A stretch of 64,000 nucleotides of DNA from a virus. This document shows, in pieces, positions 57,970 to 64,000 of the stretch (its first letter is position 1; each line of letters starts with the position of its first letter). The stretch covers positions 32,001 to 96,000 of the IMG/VR virus record IMGVR_UViG_3300027969_000043, one strand, 5' to 3'. The notes below the pieces were generated by a model that saw only the letters and a list, made by a program, of their open reading frames with translations, ran no database searches and was not told the origin of the DNA. The translations under genes were made by a program, and so were the position numbers.

Positions 57970-59429
57970 TAACAGTAGTATATTGTACTAGAGAATCAAA
58001 TCCTAAACACACAGAACACATTATTAAAATGTCTGGTTTAGGTAAACACATTGAAGTGATTGAAATTATAAATAATGGAGAATCATTAACAAAATGTTAT
58101 AACCGTGGATTAAAAGCTGCGAAAAACGATATTGTTGTGTTTATGCACGACGATGTAATAATTGAAACTTCTGCTTGGGGTAGCAAAGTTATCAAACATT
58201 TTGAAAGCAACCCAGAATTTGGAATACTTGGTGTTGCTGGAACAACAGATATGCCATTAAGTGGCAGATGGTGGGACGACAGAACAAAAATGGTCGGTAT
58301 TGTTAACCACGAAAATGAAGGTAAAAAATGGGAGTCAAAATACTCTAAGAATTGGGCTAATGATATTGTAGAAGTACTTTCTGTTGATGGATTGTTTTTT
58401 GCGGTTAATAAAAATAGGGTTAAAAATAATTTTGATGAGAATGTAGAAGGGTTCCACTTTTATGAAATTGATTTTGTATTTTCTAATTATTTAGCAGGTG
58501 TTAAAGTTGGTGTTCTTTTTAATGTACGATTAACTCACAAATCAATTGGTATGACAAATGAACAGTGGGAAGAAAATAGACTTAACTTTGTTAAAAAGTT
58601 TAATGATGACTTACCAGAAAAATTAGTACCTGAAATGTATCAACCAAAAGAATCTGGTAATAAAAACACCAAGGTTAATATTAAAGTTGTGATACAATCA
58701 CATGGAGATGTTGCCGTTTTCGAAACAATATACAATAAGATTAAATCATTTAATTATCCTAACTTAACAATTTCATTAATAACAAATGAAAATTCATACG
58801 ATAAATTTAAAGATTTAAATTATGAAGGTGTTAAAATCTATGAAGGGTTTTACGATACGCTACCAAAAAATTTATCAATATTAAAATTTGAAGATGATTT
58901 TGTTACCAATAATGACGATTTAATCTTTTTTATGAATGACAAGATTGAAATCGTGAATAATATATTTTTAAGTTTTTCTAAAATATATACAATAAATAAA
59001 AATACTTTTGGTTGTGGATTCCCATTATCGTACAATGATAATAAAACAGTATTTAGCTCTAGTTTAGAAATCTTTGCAAATAAAGAAGGCAAGGTCGCAA
59101 TCAATATGAGAGATAGTAATACGTATTATAATGTTTATTACGGTACCATTTTAAATAGTTTTGGAAATCTTGCTGATTGTTTTGTAACAACATATACAAA
59201 CTTAAAATCTTTAGATTGGTTTAAATTAAATTATGAAACACCACTGTACTTTAATGAATTTTCGCTTAGATTATCATTGAAAAATAAATTAACATACAAT
59301 GATACTAATTCATTAACTGTGCAGAAATCTTTTATGGGCGAATCAAATATCCAACAAGATTTTCAAAACCTTATTAATTTTATTAGTACTGATGAAAAAT
59401 TAAAAACACTAGTTAAAAATATCGAATGA
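57966..59429 (+). CDS. GT-A (GT2-like) glycosyltransferase with a second divergent GT-A-like domain
   Basis: SLTKCYNRGL...VFMHDDV...GILGVAG...VDGLFFA...GFHFYEID. Confidence 0.8.
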   Translation: MITVVYCTRESNPKHTEHIIKMSGLGKHIEVIEIINNGESLTKCYNRGLKAAKNDIVVFMHDDVIIETSAWGSKVIKHFESNPEFGILGVAGTTDMPLSGRWWDDRTKMVGIVNHENEGKKWESKYSKNWANDIVEVLSVDGLFFAVNKNRVKNNFDENVEGFHFYEIDFVFSNYLAGVKVGVLFNVRLTHKSIGMTNEQWEENRLNFVKKFNDDLPEKLVPEMYQPKESGNKNTKVNIKVVIQSHGDVAVFETIYNKIKSFNYPNLTISLITNENSYDKFKDLNYEGVKIYEGFYDTLPKNLSILKFEDDFVTNNDDLIFFMNDKIEIVNNIFLSFSKIYTINKNTFGCGFPLSYNDNKTVFSSSLEIFANKEGKVAINMRDSNTYYNVYYGTILNSFGNLADCFVTTYTNLKSLDWFKLNYETPLYFNEFSLRLSLKNKLTYNDTNSLTVQKSFMGESNIQQDFQNLINFISTDEKLKTLVKNIE

Positions 59430-60208
59430 TAAAGATAGCTTCTGGTTATACAAATAAAGGCGGGTCAACGATTGCATTTATTAACTTAACAAATGCATTA
59501 AATGATGCTGGTTATGATTGTACATTTTATGGTCCACATGAGTGGCACCTAGATAAATGTAAATCTGGGTTATTAAATCAACTATCTTTTGATAAAGAGG
59601 ATAGTGTTATATCACATTATTTAAATTTAGAACAAAGGCCAGACGTAAAAAAAATTGTTTTATCGTGCCATGAAAAATGGTGGTTTAGTTTTAGTAAAAC
59701 TAATAAATACTTTGATACTGCAGTATTTTTACATGAAGCGCACAGAAATTTTCACTCAGATTATTACGGCGATTATACCATAATACCAAATCTAAAAGAA
59801 AATTTAATACCAAAAGAAAAATCAGAATTAGATTTAGTTGCTGGTATAATTGGCTCTATTGAAGATAGAAAACAAACTCATGTTTCTATACAAAGAGCTA
59901 TGAAAGATAAATGTAAAAAAATATATTTATTTGGTTCAATAAATGAAGAAGAATATTTCAACAACTACGTTAAACCACTTTTAAACCCAAAAATAGAAAC
60001 GCTTGGGCATTCAACAAATAAACAAGAAATGTATGATATGATTGGAAGAGTGTATCATTCATCAAAAGGTGAGGTGGCTTGTTTAGTTAAAGACGAATGC
60101 TATCTAACAAATACAAAATTTTTTGGTAATGAAGAAACAGAGAATGAAGTTTCAACGTTAACAAATGAAGAGATAATATTATTATGGAAAAAAACACTTA
60201 ATTTATGA
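59426..60208 (+). CDS. GT-B-like glycosyltransferase
   Basis: GGSTIAFINLTNAL...IIPN...GIIGSIEDRKQ...VYHSSKGEVACLV..E. Confidence 0.7.
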   Translation: MIKIASGYTNKGGSTIAFINLTNALNDAGYDCTFYGPHEWHLDKCKSGLLNQLSFDKEDSVISHYLNLEQRPDVKKIVLSCHEKWWFSFSKTNKYFDTAVFLHEAHRNFHSDYYGDYTIIPNLKENLIPKEKSELDLVAGIIGSIEDRKQTHVSIQRAMKDKCKKIYLFGSINEEEYFNNYVKPLLNPKIETLGHSTNKQEMYDMIGRVYHSSKGEVACLVKDECYLTNTKFFGNEETENEVSTLTNEEIILLWKKTLNL

Positions 60209-60924
60209 TTATACACGCACACATATTAGCTTGGAATGAAGAAAAAATTCTGCCATTTACGTTAGATTATTATTCACAATTTTGTGAAAAAATTTTTATT
60301 CATGACAACATGTCTACTGACGGTTCTGATGAAATATATTCTAGATACCCAAACGTAACTGTTTTAAAATGGAGCAGTAATAATGAAATCAATGAAATTA
60401 ATTACGTTAAAATAAAGTCAGAAGCCTATAGAAAATATAGCCGAGAATCCGATTGGGTTATCGTATGCGATTGTGATGAAATTTTATATCATCCTAGATT
60501 ACTTGAAAAATTAGAATATTATAAAGCTAACGGCATTACCGTACCGAAAGTTAATGGTCATGATATGGTAAGTGATAAATTTCCAGAGTATGATGGTGAA
60601 CTAATAACAAAAAAAGTAAAAACTGGTTCACCAGAGGTCAGCATACCGTTTTCAAAAAATATAATTTTTAACCCAAAAATAGATGTTACTTTTGGTATCG
60701 GCGCACATTCGTTTAGTTCAAATAAAACAATTTATTCAAATTCACCAGAATTGAAATTATTACATTATAAATTTTTGGGTGTTGAATATGTTGAAAATCT
60801 CTACAAAAGCAGAGTTGAGAGACTTAGTGATTTTAATAAAACAAACAAGCTTGGTGAACATTATTTCAATGTGCCATACGACCACATTAATAGAATACTA
60901 AATGAAAAAATTGAAATAATATGA
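60205..60924 (+). CDS. GT2-like glycosyltransferase
   Basis: AWNEEKILP...HDNMSTDGS...WVIVCDCDE (DxD)...LLHYK. Confidence 0.85.
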   Translation: MIIHAHILAWNEEKILPFTLDYYSQFCEKIFIHDNMSTDGSDEIYSRYPNVTVLKWSSNNEINEINYVKIKSEAYRKYSRESDWVIVCDCDEILYHPRLLEKLEYYKANGITVPKVNGHDMVSDKFPEYDGELITKKVKTGSPEVSIPFSKNIIFNPKIDVTFGIGAHSFSSNKTIYSNSPELKLLHYKFLGVEYVENLYKSRVERLSDFNKTNKLGEHYFNVPYDHINRILNEKIEII

Positions 60925-61631
60925 AAAAAATTGGAATCATAATTGTAACATACAACGTATCTGATTTACTAGATAGTCAAATTTTAAGCATACGTAAAAA
61001 TTGTACCGATAAAGATTATAAAATTATAATTATTGACAATAGTACTAATCCAGTACATATAGATAATATAGAAAAATATTGTGCTAAAAATAATATTATT
61101 AGAGCTAAAGTTGATTATAATGTATTTGACCCAAGCACAAATCATGCAATGGCATTAAATTTTGCGTACTACGCTTTCTCCAAAAAGTTTGATTATTTAT
61201 TTTTTCTAGACCATGACTTATTTCCAATTAAAAAATTTAATGTTAGCGATATAATGGACGGCAAACTAATGGCTGGTAGAGAAGTTAAATTATCAAACAC
61301 ATATCTTTGGCCTGGATGCTTAATGATGGCGAAATTAGAGGAAAAGGTTGACTTTATACCTATAAATGATTTAGACACTGGTGGCCGACTTCATACGGTT
61401 GTTTCTAAAGACCCAAATAGTATCGTTGTTTTTGATTTAAAAAATCAGTCATTTGGCGATGATGTAAAATTCAATAATTATTTCATGCATGAATATTATG
61501 AATTAATTTTTAATGAAACTTTCATGCATTTTATTAAGGCTAGTAACTGGTGCAATGTAACACCTGAAATTTTTAAAGCTAGACAAGATTTACTCATTAA
61601 AACATTAAACGATTATAATAGTGAAAAATAA
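60921..61631 (+). CDS. GT2-like glycosyltransferase
   Basis: IIIVTYN...IIIDNS...HAMALN...FFLDHDLF...DTGG. Confidence 0.8.
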   Translation: MKKIGIIIVTYNVSDLLDSQILSIRKNCTDKDYKIIIIDNSTNPVHIDNIEKYCAKNNIIRAKVDYNVFDPSTNHAMALNFAYYAFSKKFDYLFFLDHDLFPIKKFNVSDIMDGKLMAGREVKLSNTYLWPGCLMMAKLEEKVDFIPINDLDTGGRLHTVVSKDPNSIVVFDLKNQSFGDDVKFNNYFMHEYYELIFNETFMHFIKASNWCNVTPEIFKARQDLLIKTLNDYNSEK

Positions 61632-62454
61632 TAAAAAAATATTGATATCCGATTTTACAACTAAAGAAGCGCCACATGGTGGTTCAGAGTGGGTTAATGA
61701 AGTCCTAATTAAAAAATTTAATTTAGATTTTGAATATTCCTCACAGCTACAATCGTGGGACCCTGAAAATTTTTATATTATATCAAATATTTCATTGATG
61801 AATCCAACATTGGTTAGAGAAATACCAAAATTAAATTATATTATCATTGAAAACGATTACAAGATATGCGAAAGTAGACACCCTTGGCGTTATCCAAATT
61901 CAATCGTCCCAAAAAACCAAAGAATAAACTACGATATTTACAAAAATGCTAAAGCTGTATTTGTTCAAACAACAGACCATTTTAATGTCTATAAATCAAA
62001 TCAGGTTGATGGTAATTTTATAAACCTAAATTGTTCTATATGGTCTGATGAAGATTTAGAAATGTTAAACAATTTTTTAATTAACAAACCAATAAAAAAT
62101 GGCAAAACAGCCGTATATTACACCAACAATTGGATAAAAAATAGTGAAGGTGCTATTAATTATTGTAATGATAACGGGTTAACACCTGAACTTATTGAAA
62201 ACAACCCAAACAGAAAAGATTTTTTAGATAAATTATCTAATTGTTCACAATTAGTTTTTTTACCAATTGCTAGAGAAACCTTTTGTCGTTTAGTTGTTGA
62301 GGCTAGATGTATGGGGTTAGAAGTAATAACAACTAAAAATTATGGTGCTTCTTTAGAGAATTGGTTTGATATGAAAGGTGCTGACATGTTAAAGTTTTTA
62401 AAGTTTAAAACCGATAAGAATTTAAAAATAATAGAAAACTATATAAATAACTAA
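61621..62454 (+). CDS. GT-B-like glycosyltransferase, GTG start
   Basis: GGSEW..E...VFLPIARETFCRLVVEARCMG (Ex7E motif). Confidence 0.72.
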   Translation: MKNNKKILISDFTTKEAPHGGSEWVNEVLIKKFNLDFEYSSQLQSWDPENFYIISNISLMNPTLVREIPKLNYIIIENDYKICESRHPWRYPNSIVPKNQRINYDIYKNAKAVFVQTTDHFNVYKSNQVDGNFINLNCSIWSDEDLEMLNNFLINKPIKNGKTAVYYTNNWIKNSEGAINYCNDNGLTPELIENNPNRKDFLDKLSNCSQLVFLPIARETFCRLVVEARCMGLEVITTKNYGASLENWFDMKGADMLKFLKFKTDKNLKIIENYINN

Positions 62455-62455
62455 A

Positions 62456-63349
62456 ATGTTTTTAAAAAAATGGATTAAGAAAAATATAGCTGCGCTATCA
62501 ATTGCGTTTTCAAATGTTGAAAAAAATGTTTTTGGTCAAAAAGGTGATGACATGACATTAGATACGGAAAAACAACAAAGACATACGCAAGGCATGTTAG
62601 CTGATTCTTTATTAAATGGTAAAATTACCGAAGAAGTTAAAAGATTAAGGTGGAGAACATATAAGGTGTTAAAAGCTGCTTATGGCAATACAGTAATTCT
62701 TGAAGGTTATGACGAAAATGATAATCCAATATATAAGTTAACTAATAAAAATGATAAAACGCTTTTAAAAAAAATAAATATTGATACTTCTGATGATTTT
62801 GATTTAGAAATGGTTTTTGAAAATAAAGCTATTGAGAATGGTATTAATGATACTATTAGTGTATTAGACGACGAAAATAGTATTAATTTAATCGAATATT
62901 TAATTAAAAATAAAGTCGAAAAACCCTTACTTATAGACAGGAAAGACTACCCAAGGTTTTACATTGAAAATTATACAAAAAAAATAAATATTCGTCGAAT
63001 AACGGATGATGAAAAAATGCTAGAGTTTTATATTAGCGAGTACCCCGATGAGTACAATAAAAATAGTGTGATTTTTTTAAACCAAATTAAAAAATTAATT
63101 AATTCGGAATTAAAAAATACTAAATTTTTAGATTTTGATGAAGTTTCATTTATAACAAACAACACACTCGGAGCTCAAGATTTTTTACTTTTTAGTTACG
63201 GTGAAATTAAATTTGACAAAATAATTGAATTTGATGGTAACTATGTAATTAAATTTAAATCCAAGATAATAAAAAACGGGGAAGATATATTAATCAACTA
63301 TATCGATTCAGAATTAGAAAAAAAATATAATAATAAAGAAAAAAAATAA
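62456..63349 (+). CDS. Hypothetical phage protein
   Basis: 297-aa co-oriented ORF with no recognised motif. Confidence 0.7.
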   Translation: MFLKKWIKKNIAALSIAFSNVEKNVFGQKGDDMTLDTEKQQRHTQGMLADSLLNGKITEEVKRLRWRTYKVLKAAYGNTVILEGYDENDNPIYKLTNKNDKTLLKKINIDTSDDFDLEMVFENKAIENGINDTISVLDDENSINLIEYLIKNKVEKPLLIDRKDYPRFYIENYTKKINIRRITDDEKMLEFYISEYPDEYNKNSVIFLNQIKKLINSELKNTKFLDFDEVSFITNNTLGAQDFLLFSYGEIKFDKIIEFDGNYVIKFKSKIIKNGEDILINYIDSELEKKYNNKEKK

Positions 63350-63355
63350 TTTTTT

Positions 63356-64000
63356 ATGATTACAGCGATATTAAACGGATATAAAAGACCACAATTTTTA
63401 AAAGAACAAATCGATGCAATTAAAAATCAAACAATACCACCTGAAGAAATAATGTTGTGGCAAAACCACACTGAAGGGTTTGATGCTGAGCTAACTAGCC
63501 AACTAACAACTGCATCTTGTAATAAAAATATGGGTGTGTGGGCTAGATTTGCATTTGCATTAAACGCTAAAACAGAGTATATTTGCATATTTGATGACGA
63601 TACAATACCAGGCTCAATGTGGTTTGAAAATTGTATTAGTACTATGAAAACACATGAAGGCCTACTTGGAACTGTAGGACTAATTTATGAAACTCCAAAT
63701 TCGTATCGCCCAAATACTAGATACGGTTGGACAGAAATAAATAATCCCAAGACGATTAGGGTTGATATCGTAGGGCATGCGTGGTTTTTTAAACGTGAAT
63801 GGCTATCAGCATTCTGGAGAGAATTACCACCACCAGATTTAACAACTGTTGGGGAAGATATGCACTTCTCATATATGTTGCAAAAATATTTAGGTTTAAA
63901 TACATATGTCCCACCACACCCAGAACATTTTAAAGAAATGTGGGGAAGCACTAAAGGTTGGGAAATGGGGACCGAGAAAAATGCGCTATCCTTCAATGAA
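63356..64000 (+). CDS. GT-A glycosyltransferase, partial (runs off the right edge; not in the ORF track)
   Basis: Manual translation: MITAILNGYKRPQFLKEQIDAIKNQTIPPEEIMLWQN...NMGVWARF...YICIFDDDTIPGSMWFENC...VDIVGHAWFF...GEDMHFSY. Confidence 0.82.
   Translation, partial: MITAILNGYKRPQFLKEQIDAIKNQTIPPEEIMLWQNHTEGFDAELTSQLTTASCNKNMGVWARFAFALNAKTEYICIFDDDTIPGSMWFENCISTMKTHEGLLGTVGLIYETPNSYRPNTRYGWTEINNPKTIRVDIVGHAWFFKREWLSAFWRELPPPDLTTVGEDMHFSYMLQKYLGLNTYVPPHPEHFKEMWGSTKGWEMGTEKNALSFNE

Noticed and set aside
1-64000. Stop-codon reassignment, tRNA genes, integrase or transposase
   Set aside because: Genes are full length under the standard code at high density, intergenic gaps are short with no cloverleaf seen, and no recombinase motifs were found.

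Overview
The whole window is a gene-dense, AT-rich segment of a large contractile-tailed (myovirus-type) bacteriophage read in the standard genetic code. The host is very probably Bacteroidota: there are TTTG-N20-TAnnTTTG promoters, no Shine-Dalgarno motifs, an SprB repeat and a T9SS-like sorting domain. Positions 1-16.9 kb and 25.4-52 kb (minus strand) are virion and tail genes. They include a very large tail sheath that the ORF track missed, three glycine-rich adhesin paralogs, a Delta-60 propeller, many Ser/Thr/Gly-rich fibres built from shared modules, neck and tail-terminator proteins, and two S74-chaperone fibres. Positions 17-25 kb hold a SNF2 helicase, a glutaredoxin, a neck protein, PolB and an ArdC-like protein. 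Positions 52-64 kb (plus strand) hold small hypothetical and WYL-like genes, nucleotide-metabolism genes (degenerate HD protein, dUTPase, GMP reductase/IMPDH) and a cluster of at least 7 glycosyltransferases. Four observations stand out. (1) The sheath carries a roughly 800-aa nested insertion in which 7 long units are followed by 7 short closing strands. (2) Two signal-peptide-bearing beta-helix proteins sit inside the tail operon; one has thrombospondin-like repeats and a T9SS-like C-terminal domain, suggesting the phage exports cargo through the host type IX secretion system. (3) The fibre and adhesin set is modular and possibly branched. (4) There are two promoter classes. All family assignments come from motif recognition by eye; no database search was run.
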